Of a DNA stretch of 64,000 nt, positions 40,786-54,299 are shown piece after piece. Source of the stretch: Felis catus (Eukaryota). Within the stretch, counting starts at the first letter, position 1. The number at the start of each line of letters is the position of its first letter. The DNA lies in contig NC_058368.1 of the NCBI RefSeq assembly GCF_018350175.1, positions 223,884,001 to 223,948,000 of the forward strand, read 5' to 3'. The notes under the pieces were generated by a model, which saw only the letters and a program-made list of their open reading frames with translations, searched no databases and was not told the DNA's origin. Made by a program: the position numbers and the translations under genes.

Positions 40786-41542
40786 TCTGCAAATTTTCTT
40801 AATCCCCTTTTCTCCATAACACATAAGTTATAATTTTTTTTAAGTTTCTCAGATAACTTCATTATCAAAATTTACTTTGAGTTCAATTCTAGTCTTTATT
40901 CTTTCTTTGTTTTCCTCTTCTGTTTATCTTGTATTCTCATATATGTGATTATTTTTGACTGATTAATAACTATAGAAAAATGGGGAAAAAATTAACCAAG
41001 GAACATGCTTTCTCCAGAGAACATTTATGATTGTTTTAGGCAGGAGACAAGGGAATTTACCAGTCCCTAATCACTTCAATCTAACTGTAGCGATTGAGAT
41101 ATTTTGAATCTTGGCTCTAGTTCCCCAGAAGGATTTACTATTTCTAATTATCCTTAGCTTAGTATCATTGGAGTCAAATTTGAATACATATGGTGTTTGC
41201 TAGGAATCCATTCCACTTAGTAATATCTAAACTCCAATTTTTATGTCTCTATATATGACAAACTCAAAAGTTCTATTCATTGATTTAATCTCTTAGCTAC
41301 TTCTTGCTCTAGTTCACTCATGTTCCCTGGGACAAGCTAACCAAAATATTGAACTAATTTCTTTGTATTTCCTTCTCTCAAGATATGTTGGTCCCATAAT
41401 CCATCCTTTCTTTTCAAGTTGATCTCAGAAGATTTATTCTTCTATATTTCCTAATCCAACATCACTAGAAGTAAAAATTTGAGGTAATTTTCAATCAAGG
41501 ACAAGGTATGAAAGACAAACAGAATGAAACTTTCTTTGTTAC

Positions 41543-42207
41543 TATATTGGTTTTCTATGACTGCTGTAATAATTTCAATAAACCCCATGGTTTAAAATAG
41601 CAGAGGGACGCCTGGGTGGCTCAGTTGGTTAAGCGTCCAACTCTTGATTTTGGCTCAGGTCATGATCTCAAGATTCATTAAATTGAGCCTTATGTCAGGC
41701 TCTGTTTTGACAACGTGGAGCCTGCTTGGGATTCTCTCTCCCCCCTCACTCTCTGACCCTCCCCCACTCTCCCTTTCAAAATAAATAAAGATTAAAAAAA
41801 AAACTCTAAAATAACAGAAAAGTTCTCCTCATAATTCTGGAGGCCAGTAACTTGATATCAATTAGCAGGACATTGTTTCCTCCAAAAGCTCTAAGGGAGA
41901 ATTTTTTCTTGCCCCTTATAGGCTCTGGTGGTTCCAGAAGTTCCTTGGCTTGTGGCTGCATAACTCCAATTTCTGCCTCCACCTTCACATGGTCTTTCTC
42001 CATGTGTCTGGGTCTTTCCATCTTCCTGTGTGTTATGATGTTACGAGAATGCTTTTCATTGCACATAGCACCCCCGAGGATAATGCAGGATATATTCATC
42101 TCAAGGTCTTTAATTATATCTACAAAAAGCCTTTATCCAAATAAGGTCATGGTCATTGCCTCCAGGATGAATATGTCTTTTAAGCGGCCACCATTCAACC
42201 CACTACA
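41543..42207 (-). mobile_element. MLT1 (B/C-like) MaLR LTR, split by a SINE
   Basis: ttctggaggccag, ttccttggcttgtggctgcataactccaat, and the end ccattcaacccactaca. Confidence 0.9.
41605..41806 (+). mobile_element. Can-SINE
   Basis: TSD taaaata(g/a)caga at 41593 and 41807. Confidence 0.96.
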
Positions 42208-42519
42208 AATATGTTGAGACTTTAATCCAAAACAATCCCAGGGTATAAAATGTCTTGAGGAATCTGGGGTTTTAGGATGTGAAGTCAAGACATGAAACTT
42301 AACCACAGTATTAAACAAAAAAAAATTTAATTACATGAATTAAATATGAGTTTTTCTAATAAACTGAAATGGAAAAAACAATAAATATAGCCAGTTTTCT
42401 TATTTCATTTGGATATCAATGAGTAGTTACTTTTCTCTCTACATTAAAAACTTCATAAACATAAGCACATTGTAAATTAGATGAATGGCAAAAAGTTATA
42501 AAATGCATAATTTGCATGA

Positions 42520-43412
42520 GCGTTGGGTCTGGGTTTGGGAGGGATGGTCTAGTACTGGGAAGGGCTAGAGCCCGGATTTCCAGGAGATGGCATAGAGACT
42601 GGGGCCACAGGGACTGCCTGGCACTGAACTGATCTTATCACGTGGGGCTACGGCAGTTGGCCTGTAACCCAGAGCCTCAGAGGTCAGCCTGAAGTTATGG
42701 ATCTGGCAGTGGGGTGGGTGGGGAGCTTTGGACTGAAGGAAACAACCTGTAGGTTGGGGCTGTCGAGGCTGCTCAGGCGTTCGAGTACCAGGAGCCAGGG
42801 ACTACCATAGTCAGCTTGAGGTTGGGTTGGATCACGAGCCTAGTTTAGCTATAGTGAGGCTGGTACCGGGCCTGGCTGGGACCTTGGGTTTGCAGCAATC
42901 TTCCAGGAGCCTGGGGCCACAGGAGACACGTAAGCCATGAGAACTGGCCTGTGCCGGGGTGAGCCAAGAGTCTGGTGCCACCAGAGCTGACTTCTTTAGA
43001 ATACCAGGAGCCTGGCGTCCCAGGAGCTGCCTGGGGCTGCGGGAGTCAGTAGACACCTGGGCACCTGGTTTCATGGGAGCCCTACAAGAGCTACTTAAGT
43101 TGAAGTGGCCCTCATCCTGGGGTCAATGGTGACGTCAGAGTCCCATTTTACTGTCTTCCTCCCTGAGGTCTAGTGTCTCTCTTTCTCTCTGTCCTAGGCT
43201 GCCTTAGTTTGGACACAGGGTGACAGGGTAATGTGAATATTGTCTACTCTCCTTAATGCATCTTTTCTTCTTTCTGCGCTTCACTCAGGTACTACAATCC
43301 TTCATCTGGAATTCTTAGATCCTGTGAAGGTATTTTCACGTGCAGATGATTGTTCAAATTAACGTTTCTGGAAGAGGACAGGCACTAGAAATCCCTGTAC
43401 TGCCGTCTTGCT
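42520..43412 (-). mobile_element. Old L1M 5'UTR relic
   Basis: GC-rich block with reiterated ggagcctggg motifs; ends gattgttcaaatt...ctgccgtcttgc, the reverse of a caagatggc-type L1 start. Confidence 0.7.
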
Positions 43413-45599
43413 CTATCTTTCTGTTTGAAAATCTCAAAAGCAAAGTAGCATTGTCCTACAATGGACAGACAATGTTCTATCAGTGCTTCTTAAAATACAG
43501 TCTCATATGTTTTACTTTTGAAGGCAGAGTCTTTTATGAAAAGTCAGCATCCCACTGCCTCACTCCAGGCTTGCTGTTTACCAGTGTTTGACACATGTTA
43601 AAAATGAGAACTTAATAGGTTATAATTATGCTCTAGCTGTGTCTGTGAGCAGGAGAGTGGCATATACAAAGTCATACCATTGGCAATTCTTAAGCATATG
43701 TGAAAACAATTTTGTAAAATGAAATTTGCAAACAAGATTCAGTAAGGGGAATTCACTAATGCACATCAGTGAGTTTAGGAAAAAATACTGAATGGCCAGC
43801 TTAATTCAGGGCCATTTCTCATAAATTTACATTGCCAAACTTTACAGACTTATTCAAGATGAACATATATTGTTTTGGGGAAAACTCCACTTCATAAAAT
43901 GGTATCATGTGTGAATGAATAAAGATGTGAGACATCATAAAATAAAAGAAAAGCTGTATGTTTTTCTCCTTAAAAATATTTAACATTCTGTAAATAATGA
44001 ACTAATTTTTAAAACATTTCAGGTCGGTGTTTGCTTTACAGATGTAATCAGAGCGTTCCATTCTTGGACATTTTTCTTGTCTTTTTAATTTTTTTTTCTT
44101 TTTCTTACCCTAACTCAATGCCCCTTGAAATTCTTATGTACTTCCAAAGTTTCATGACCATGTTTGCTAGTTCAGATCTCTTTCCTGGGTTCTTTAAACT
44201 ACATATTCCATATGATTTTCAGATATTTAGCTACACTTTAACTCATCCTCCTTTCCTAGACTTTCTTCTTCCAGAATTTTTTTTTTCTGATGAATTATAT
44301 CCTCTTCCACGAAGTAACTAAAAAGAATTTGGAATCTAACTTAGGCTCCTTCCTTTGTCTTGCCACTGAACCTGAGTCCATTACTAAGGACACAAGGGAA
44401 TCTCTTAAGAGTGCTTTTATGCCCACTCTCCCTCTCTCCCTCCCTCTCCCTACAGCTTCCACTTTTCCTGTAGCATACCCCACGGATTTTAACCTTTTTG
44501 ACCTTTCTGATCATCAGTCTTTACCTCTTCCATTCCACATGAGATCTGGTTCTGATGGAGAACGTTTCCCTGCAATAATCACATCCTGAAACTTTCCAGG
44601 TAGTGGACTGTACACTACCAGACTTCATCCTACATGTTTCCTTCTTCCCACAAATTGCTCCTTCTTATTTAAAACCTGAAAACCTTTGCATGTGTGGTGC
44701 ACGCGTGTGGTTTCCTAGTTGTTTAAGGTTTGACGGTAAATCTGGTTCTTGTTATTTCATCAGAGCCCGGAATGTTTGCTTGGTGGGAATTTCCACTTAA
44801 ATTTGGATATATAGGTATTTTGTTTCCTTGTAGAAAATCAATAGATATTTTAAAACAAAAGACTGTTTCACTATGACAACAACTTTCACTTCTTTATTTC
44901 CTTTAGCTAAGCGGCAACTATAAGGAAACCAGGGGGAAAGTGGTAAAAACTGCACAGCACATACTGAAGGATCCTAGCCAAGGATTTAAGATTCTTGCCT
45001 CCACCCAGCACAGGCAATTATCTCTGCTCTCAGATGTCACTGATTTGGTTTTCAGCAGGGTAGGAATCATCCTATGATCAGTATGCTATGGTACTCAACA
45101 AGCTTGGAATGCTTTGGAAAGATGAAAGGAATTACTGTTTATCAGTCTGGTTGGCTAATCCCATGTACTTATTGAAGGGTCCAGGTGTTGTTGGCATGCC
45201 TTCCTTTTTCTTGGCTTGCAGTTTTATCACACTTATGTTGAATGTTTAAACTCAACATTACATAAATTATTGTATCATTCATTATATAAACTATACAACA
45301 TCATGTCAATACATTCTAGAATTTTTTAATACTTTACAAACTTTGATAACAATTTTGGGATAAATAAGGGACTTATTTCCTTTTAGAAAGTAAGCCATAT
45401 GCTTAACTGACATGGGGTAAATATAATCACAATACGAATAATAGTTGAGAAAAATATATTTACAAGAAAAAAACATTTTTTTGATGGAAAACCTTGTTAA
45501 CCTCCTTCAGCACAAGACAGCTTTATACTCAATGACATGAAGATGTAGAATGAGGCATCCTTAACAAAACTGCATTTCACACATCATAGTATGATGCAA

Positions 45600-46819
45600 A
45601 ATGCTAGAACTTAATGGGGAAATAGATGCACAATTAGAGGTGGAAATTTCAGTACCTTATACTGAGTAGTTGATATTTAATGTAGACAGATGATGAGCAA
45701 GGATATGGAAAACTTGAACTCTATCAACCTAGTTAACCTAATGGACTTTTATTCAACATTTCCCCTAAGAACAAGAGAATACACGTTTTGCTATAAAAAC
45801 GCAAAAAAGTTAAACAAGATAAACCATATTATGGGCCATAAAATAATTTCCAGTAAATTTTTTAAAATTCAAATTATTAAAAAGTATATTCTCAGAAGGA
45901 GATAGATATAAATTTGAGATTTTAAGGAATATATCTGGGGAATCAACAAAATACTTCTAAATAACATAGATATCAAAGAATAAATTGCAAGAAAATTAAA
46001 CATGTTTTGAATTGAATTAAAAAAAATAGGGGCGCCTGGGTGGCTCAGTTGGTGGATCAGCTTAGGTGATGATCTCATGGTTCATGGGTTAGAGCCCTGC
46101 ATCAGGCTCTGTGCTGATAGTGCAGAACCTGGAGCATGCTTCAGATTCTGTGTCTCCCTCTCTCTCTATCTGCCCCTCCCCTGCTCACACTCTGTTTCTC
46201 TCTCTCAAAAAGTAAATAAACATTTTTTAAAAAATTAAATGTATACAATTTCTGGAATGGAGCTAGAGCAGGGTGTTTGTAAGGGGGAAATTATAACATT
46301 AAATGGTTTTATCAGAAAATAATAAATGTATCAAGTGCTTTAGTTTCTACCTTAAGAAAAAAGAAGATATTTAAAATAAAACATATAGAAAGAAATACTA
46401 GCAGACATCAATAATTTTAAACAAAAAAAATAGAGAAAAGTTACCAATATTCAGAAGGATATAAGACACATCATTTCCTACACATTGCAAAATGACAAGA
46501 AGTATATTATGAACAATTTTATGCCAATAAATGTTTTAAATTAAAAAAATGGAAAAATTTTTTGAGCAATAGGAACTATCGTATTTCATTTGAGAATAAA
46601 TAGGTAATGTGTTTCCTTGTATCTATTAAATTGAAATCTTCATTAAATCTTCTCAATAACAACAAATGCAACAACAAACACTTCATTTGCAGATGGATTC
46701 ACTAATAATTCTCCAAATTTTTAAAGAAGAAAAAAATAAAATTTTATACAAAATGGTCAGAAAATGGAATATGAGTAAAACCTTGTAAATCATTCTGTTG
46801 TCAGGATTACACTGACCCT
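45600..46819 (+). mobile_element. Old L1M ORF2 relic, left part
   Basis: Endonuclease-region remnant SKDMENLN...EYTF...KINHIMGHK; continues at 52701. Confidence 0.85.
46029..46235 (+). mobile_element. Can-SINE
   Basis: ggggcgcctgggtggctcag head, CT tract, A tail. Confidence 0.95.
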
Positions 46820-47011
46820 GGATTTATTTGCTGTTTCTTTTCTAGCTCCTTTAGGTGTAAGTTTAGGTTGTATATTTGGAACCTTTCTTGCTTCTTGAAA
46901 TAGTTCTGAATTGCAATATACTTCCCTCTTAAGACTGTCTTTGTTGAATCTCAAAGATTTTGGACTATCTTTTTTGTTGTTCATTTATTTATTTTGAAAG
47001 AAGAGAGAGAC

Positions 47012-47044
<33 letters not shown>

Positions 47045-49348
47045 CAGAGAGACAGAGAGACAGAGAGAGAGAATGAGTGGGGGAGGGATATACAGACAGG
47101 GAGAAAGAAAATCTCAAGCAGACTCCATGCTGTCAGCACAGAGCTCCATATGGGGCTCCATCTGAGGAACTTTGAGATCATGACCTGAGCCAAGATTCAA
47201 GAGTCAGACACCAAATTGACTGAGGCACCCAGGTGCCCCTGGACAGTAGTTTTTTTTTTTTTCATTTGCATTTGCTTCTAGGCATTTTTTAATTTCTTCT
47301 TTAATTTCCTGTTTAACCCATTCATTCTTTAGTAGGATATTCTTTAACCTCTGTGTATTGGAGGACTTTCCAAATTTTTTTCTTGAGGTTGATTTCAAGT
47401 TTCATAGCATTGTGATCTGAAAATATGCATGGTATGATCACAATCTTTGTACTTATTAAGGCCTGATTTGTGACCCAGTATGTGATCTATTCTGGAGAAT
47501 GTTCCATGTGCACTCAATAAGAATGTGTATTCTGCTGCTTTAGGATGAAATGTTCTAAATATATCTGTCAAGTCCATCTGGTCCAGTGTGCCATTCAAAA
47601 CCATTGTTTCCTTGTTGATTTTCTGCTTAGATGATCTGTCCATTGCTATTAATGGGGTGTTAAAATCTCTACTAATATTGTATTATTTATCAATGAGTTT
47701 ATGTGTGTTATTAATTGATTTTTGGGGCTGTGCTCCTAAGTGAGGGCAATAAATATTTATAATTGTTAGAATTTCTTGATGGATAGACCCTTTATTATGA
47801 TCAAGTGTCCTCCTTTATCTCTTGTGTTAAAAGCTTGTCTTTGTGTTAAAATCTATTTTGTCTGATACAAGTATGGTTACTCTGGCTTTCTTTAACATCC
47901 AGTAGCGTGATAGATGGTTTTCTATCACTTCACTTTCAACCCGCAGGTGTCTTTAAGTCTAAAATGAGTCTCTTGGAGGCATCATATACATGGATCTTGT
48001 TTTTTAATCTATTTTGATACCCAATGTCTCTATTGGATCATTTAGTCCATTTACATTTAGAGTGATTATTGAAAGATATGAATTTAGTGTCATTGTGTTA
48101 TCTGTAGAGTTGGTGATACTTTCTGGTCATTTCTTATTGCTTTTGGTCTATTTTCTTTTTTTTTCACTCCACTCAAAGAGTCCCCCTTAGAAATTTCTTA
48201 TAGGGTTGTTTAGTGGTCACAAAGTCCTTTAGTTTTTGTTTATTTGGGAAACTCATTATTTCTCCTTCTATTTTGAATGACAGCCTTGCTGGATAGAGTA
48301 TTCTTGGCTGCATATTTTTCTGATTCAGCATGTTGAGTATATCCTCCCACTCCTCTCTGGCCTGCCAAGTATCTATGGACAGATCTGCTCTGAATGTGAT
48401 GTGTCTTTCCTTGCAGGTTAAGGGTTTTTTTTGTTTTGCTTTGTTTTGTTTTGTTTTTCCTTGCTGCTTTGAGGATTCTTTCCTTTCTGTGCATTTTGTG
48501 AATTTGACTCTGATATGTTTTGGCAATGGGTGGCTTTGGTTGAATTTATCGGGAGTTCTCTGTGCTTCTTGGATTTTGATGTCTGTGTCCTTCCTCAGAT
48601 TAGGGAAGTTTTCAGCTATAATTTGCTCACATAAACTTTATGCCCTTTTTTCTCTCCTTTTGTCTCCTGGGATTCCTATGATACAGATGTTATTATGCTT
48701 TAATAAATCACTGAGTTCCCTAAGTCTGCCTTTGTGATCTCTCTTCTCTTCTGCTTCATTATTCCCCATTATTTTATCTTCTATATCGCTAATTCACTTG
48801 TCATCCATCCTTGTTTTTATGGCCTCCATTGGGTTTGCATCTTGGTGATAGAATTTCCAATTTTGGCCTACCTAGATTTTAGTTTTTTATCTCTGAAGAA
48901 AGGGATTCTTTGGTGCCTTCTTTGTTTTTTTCAAAACCAGCTAGTATCTTTATAATCATTGTTTTAAATTCTAACTTGGACATCTTACTTATATCTGCAT
49001 TGATTAAATCCTCAGCCATCACTTTTTTTTGTTCTTTCTTTTAAGGTCATTCCTCCATCTTGTCAGTTTGAAGGGAGAAACAACAACAACAATAATAATA
49101 AAATGAAATAAAAATTTAAAAAATTAAGAAAGAAATAAAATAAAGGAAACTAGATCTTAGGGGTATGCATGTTAAGAGAAGTTTGACAGAAGAAAAAAAA
49201 AAGAAGAGATGGGAAAAAATTAAAAAAATAAAAAATAGTAAAGTTAAATTAAAAATAAAATAAAATAAAAAATGTTGCTCTTTTTGTATCCAAGAAACAA
49301 AAGAAAAGAAAAACGACACCAAAACAAGAACAGAAGCAATGACAGCAA

Positions 49349-49383
<35 letters not shown>

Positions 49384-49614
49384 ATATAATAAAATAAAAT
49401 AAATACACACACACACATACACACACACACACAACCAAATGAAGCTAGATCCAGTTCCCTCTAGAGCTGAAACTTTGCACCAGTCTATGGTCAGTAGACT
49501 AAGCTCCTAGAAGAGATTTGTGCAGGTCTTCTGGTGGACGTACCTGCTGCTTTGGTTTTCAGGCAGACTTGCCCAGTGGAGATGTGTCTGAGGGCACAGT
49601 GGGCGGGGCTTAGT
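46820..49614 (-). mobile_element. Carnivore L1, inverted 5' segment (5'UTR part, ORF1, ORF2 endonuclease)
   Basis: ORF1p remnant KNMQPRILYPARLSFKIEGEI (48173-48526); endonuclease remnant DLTDIFRTFHPKAAEYTF...SRIDHILGHK (47395-47643); frameshifted. Confidence 0.95.
46971..47239 (-). mobile_element. Can-SINE nested in L1
   Basis: Reverse head caggtgcccc; long (GA)n; TSD core tggac. Confidence 0.93.
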
Positions 49615-52462
49615 GATGGCTTCCCAGGGGAATTCTACCAAACATTTAAAGAAGAGTTAATACCTATTCTTAAACTTCCCCCCCAAAAAAAAAAAAATAG
49701 AAATGGAAGGAAAACTTCTAAACTCATTTTACAAAGCTAGCATTACATTGATTCCAAAAGCAGACAAAGACCCCCACTAAAAAGAATCACAGGCCAATAT
49801 CCCTGATGAACATGGATGCAAAAATTCTTAATAAGATATTAACAAATCAAATCCAACAGTACATTAAAAGAATTATTCACCATGATCAAGCAGGATATAT
49901 TCCTGGGCTGCAGGGCTGGTTCAATATCCACAAATCAATCAATGTGATACACCACAATAAAAAAAAAAAAAGGATAAGAACCATATGATCCTCAATAATT
50001 GCAGAAAAAGCATTTGAAAAAATATAGGATTTATTCTTGATAAAATCCTCAACAAAGTAGGGATAGATTAAACATACCTCAACATCATAAAGGCATATGC
50101 AAAAAATGGAAAGTTAATACCATCCTCAAGTGGGAAATATTGAGAGCCTTTCCCCTATGGTCAAGAACAAGACAAGGATGTCCATTATCACCATTACTGT
50201 TCAACATAGTACTAGAAGTCTAAGCTTTAGCAATCAGCCAACAAAAAGAAATAAAAGGCATCTGAATAGGTGAGGAAGAAGTCAAACTTTCACTATTTGC
50301 AGATGATGTGATATTCTATGTAGAAAACCTGAAATACTCCACCCAAAAATTGCTAAAACTAATTCGTGAATTCAGCAGAGTCACAGGATATAAAATCAAA
50401 GTACAGAAATCTGCTGCATTTCTGTACACCAACAGTGAAGCAGTAGAAAAAAAAATCAAGGAATTGATTCCATATGCAATTGTACCAAAAACAATAAGGC
50501 ACCTAGGAATGAACCTTACTAAAGAGGTCAAAATCGATACTCTGAAAAATACAGAATACTTATGAAAGAAAATGAAGATTGCATAAAGAAATGGAAAAGC
50601 ATTCCATGCTCAGGGATTGGAAGAACAAACATTGTTAAAATGTCGGTACTACCCAAAGAAATCCACACATTTAATGTAATTCCATTCAAAATATCACCAG
50701 CTTTTTTCACAGGGCTATAACAAGTAATCCTAAAATTAGCATGGCATCACAAATGACCTCGAATAGCCAAAGCAATACTGAAAAAGAAAAAGAAAACTGG
50801 AGGCATCACAATTCCAGATTTCAAGCTATATTACAAAGCTATAATCATTAAGACATATGGTAATGTCACTAAAACAGACATATAGATCAGTGAAACAGAA
50901 TAGAAAACCCAGAAATGGACCCACAACTGTATGGTCTGCTAATCTTCTACAAACAGGGAAAATATACAATGGAAAAAAGAGTCTCTTCAACAAATGGGGT
51001 TGGGAAAACTAAATGACAACATGCAGAAGGATGAAACTGGATCAATTTCTTGCACAATAGAAAAAAATAAACTCAAAATAGATGAAAGACCCAAATGTGA
51101 GGCAGGAAACCTTCAAAATCCTACAGGAGAACACAGGCAACAACTTTGATCTCAGCCATCACAACTTCTTACTAGACATGTAGCTGAAGACAACAGAAAA
51201 CAAAGCAAACATCAACTAGTGTGACTTCAAGAAAAAAATCTACATAGTGAAGGAAATAAAAAAATAAAAATAAACTAAAAGGCAACCTATGGAATGGGAG
51301 AAGATATTTGCAAATGGCATATCTGATAAAGGGTTAGTATCCAAAATCTAAAAATTTATCAGACTCAACACGACCCCCCAAAAATAATCCAGTTAAGAAA
51401 TGGAGAGAAGACATGAATCAATACTTTTCGAAGAAGACATCCAGATGGCTAACAGACACATGAAAAGATGCTCAATATCACTCATCATCAGGAAAATACA
51501 AATCAAAAACATGATGAGTGGGGTACCTGTGTGGCTCAATCAGCTAAGCATCCGACTTTAGCTTAGGTTATGATCTCATGGTTTTTGAGTTCAAACCCCA
51601 CATCGGGCTCTCTGCTCTCAGCACAGAGCTGCTTCAGACCCTATCTCCCTTTCTCTCTGCCCCCCCATCACTGTCTCTTACTCTCTCTCAAAAATAAGCA
51701 TTAAAAAAAACCATTGTCAGAATGGCTAAAATTAAAAAAAAAACAAAAACAAGAAACAACAGGTGTTAGTGAGGATGTAAAGGGGAACCCTCTTGCACTG
51801 TTGATGAGAATGCAAACTCGTACTGCCACACTGGACAACAGTATGGGGGTTCCTCAAGAAACTAAAAATAGAACTACCCTACAGCACAGAAACTGCACTA
51901 TTAAGTATTTACCCAAAGGATACAAAAATACAGATATTCAAAGGTGTACATGCATCCCAATGTTTATAGCAGCACTATCAATAATAGTCAAACTATGGAG
52001 AGATCCCAAATGTCCATCCACTGGTAAGTGGATAAGGGGATATGGATTATATATACAATGGGATATTACTCAGCCATCAAAAAGAATGACATCTTGCCAT
52101 TTGCAATGACATGGATGGAACTAGAATGTATTATACTAAAGGAAATAAGTCAATCAGAGAAAGACAAATACCATGTGATTTTGCTTATATGTAGAATTTA
52201 AGAAACAAAACAGATGAACATATGGGAAGCAGGGAGATAAGAGAAGGAAACAAACCACCAGAGACCCTTGATGATAAAGAACAAACTATGGGTTGATAGA
52301 GGGAGGTGGGTGGGGAATGGGCTAGATGGGTAATGGGTACTAAGGAGGCACTTGTGATGAATACTGCGTGTTGTATGTAAGTGATGAGTCACTGAATACT
52401 ACTCCTGAAACCAATGTTGCATGGCATGTTAACTAACATTTAAATTAAATTTAAATAAAAAA
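49615..52462 (+). mobile_element. Carnivore L1, forward 3' segment (ORF2 RT to 3'UTR and tail)
   Basis: [29 protein letters not shown]; ctatttgcagatgat (FADD motif); carnivore 3'UTR and A-rich tail; disrupted by stops. Confidence 0.96.
51520..51710 (+). mobile_element. Can-SINE nested in L1
   Basis: ggggtacctgtgtggctc head and A tail; the right TSD is mostly absent. Confidence 0.93.
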
Positions 52463-52477
52463 CAATACACTGACATT

Positions 52478-52685
52478 GGGGCATCTGGGTGGCTCAGTCA
52501 GTTAAGCATCTGACTCTCGATTTTGGCTCAGGTCATGATATCACAGTTCCTGAGATCAAGCCTCATGTCACGCTCCATGCTGACAGTGTGGAGCCTGCTT
52601 GGGATTCTCTCTCTCCTTGTCTCTCTGTCCCTCCCCCAAGTTCAATCTCTTTCTCAAAATAAATAAATAAACTAAAAAAAAAAAA
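52478..52685 (+). mobile_element. Can-SINE directly after the L1 tail
   Basis: ggggcatctgggtggctcag head; followed by gattacactgaccct. Confidence 0.96.
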
Positions 52686-53021
52686 GATTACACTGACCCT
52701 AAAACCAGACTTCACAAGGAAACTAAACTACTGACCAATATTCTTAATCAACATAGACACAAAACTCTTTAAGAATATTTTAAAATATAAAATGTAGTGC
52801 TACACATCATGACCACGAGGAGTTTACTCAAATCATTATTTGCATAGTTCATTTATCAGTTGAAAATCAAGAAATGTAAATAACCATATTACCATAATAC
52901 ATATAACTTTATCCATGTTACAAAAAAACAGACTCATCTTCAAGTTGAAGAACAGCATTTGGCAAACATTCAACACTTGTTCTTTAGGAAGCCTCTTAGC
53001 AAACAATGAAGATGAGGAAAC

Positions 53022-53236
53022 AAAATTTTTTTAAACATTTATTTATTTATGAGAGACAGAGAGAGAGCACGAGTGGGCGAGAGGCAGAGAGAGAGAGGGA
53101 GACACAGAATCCAAAGACGTCTCCAGGCCCTGAGCTGTCAGCACAGAGCCTGAGGAAGGGCTTGAACCCATGAACCATGAGATCATGACCTGAGCCAAAG
53201 TCTGACGCTTAACTGACTGAGCCACCCAGGCGCCAC
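53022..53236 (-). mobile_element. Can-SINE
   Basis: TSD gaggaaac at 53014 and 53237. Confidence 0.96.
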
Positions 53237-53826
53237 GAGGAAACTTTTTTTTTTTTTTTACCTGATAAATGGTATCAGCAAAATTCAGCACATAGGACCG
53301 TGCTTGGTAGTGATTATTGAATGCTTTCTCACTAAGACTAGAAGAAAAGCTAGGATACCCAATCTCTCCACTTCAGTCTTATCCTGATGTCCCTGTCCTG
53401 TGCGATAACACAATAAAAAGAAAGCCCATGCAGATCGCAGGGGAAAAGTAAAATTCCTCTTACTGACAGAGGACATGGGCACGTATACAGAAAATTCGAA
53501 GGAAAATATAAAACTTGTGAGTTCTATAAGATCAAGAGATAAGGTCAATAAATGAAAAAAAATCAGATTTGTCTTTTACATTAGCACAGAATAATCTATT
53601 AAATAATAAATATTTAAAAATTGTATTTACAACAGCATCAAAAAGAGTCAAATAGGTATAAATTTAATACAGAGCAAGAATTGTACAAGAAAAACTATAA
53701 AGATGAAAAAACCATAAAAGTTTAAATAAATGGAAAGACACTCCATGTGAATGAATTGGAAGAGAATATTAAGTTAATTCTCAAAGTAAACTGTAGGTTC
53801 AATATAACACCATTCAAAAATCACAG

Positions 53827-53828
<2 letters not shown>

Positions 53829-53866
<38 letters not shown>
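53829..53866. repeat. (GT)n microsatellite
   Basis: Read directly. Confidence 0.95.
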
Positions 53867-53871
<5 letters not shown>

Positions 53872-53900
53872 TTGAATGGTGTTTTTAAAATTTACATGTA

Positions 53901-54132
53901 GGGACACCTGGTGTCTCAGTCAAGCATCTGACTTCATTCAGCTCAGGTCATGATCTCATGGCTCATGAGTTTGAGCCCCGCTTCGAGCTCTGTGCTGACA
54001 GTTCAGAGCTTTCAATCTGCTTCGGATTCTGTGTCCTCCTCTCTGCCCCTCCCCCACGTACAATCTGTCTCTCTCTCTCTCTCTCAAAAATAAATAAACA
54101 TTAAAAACATCAAAACTAAATAAGTAAATAAA
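53901..54132 (+). mobile_element. Can-SINE
   Basis: Perfect 15-bp TSD taaaatttacatgta at 53886 and 54133. Confidence 0.97.
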
Positions 54133-54299
54133 TAAAATTTACATGTAATTCAAGATCTAGAATAGACAGAACAATTTTGAAAAAGAACAAATTTGTTCTG
54201 TTAGTTTGGCCTCAGATTTTCTTTCCAATGCTTAACCCACTCTTGATGGATTTCATCCCTCTCCACTTACAAGGACTTTCCTTCTTAAACTCTTTTTCA

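Larger units (their letters stand above)
52701..54195 (+). mobile_element. Old L1M ORF2 relic, right part
   Basis: aaaaccagac resumes the L1 sequence broken at 46819; gcatttggcaaacattcaacac; taaataaatggaaagaca. Confidence 0.85.

Noticed and set aside
42520..43140. GC-rich block as a promoter or CpG island
   Set aside because: It is CpG-depleted and contiguous with an L1 5'-end motif, so a decayed L1 5'UTR explains it better.
46820..52462. Active L1 or intact ORF1/ORF2 CDS
   Set aside because: Inverted, internally deleted, interrupted by SINEs, and carrying many stops and frameshifts.
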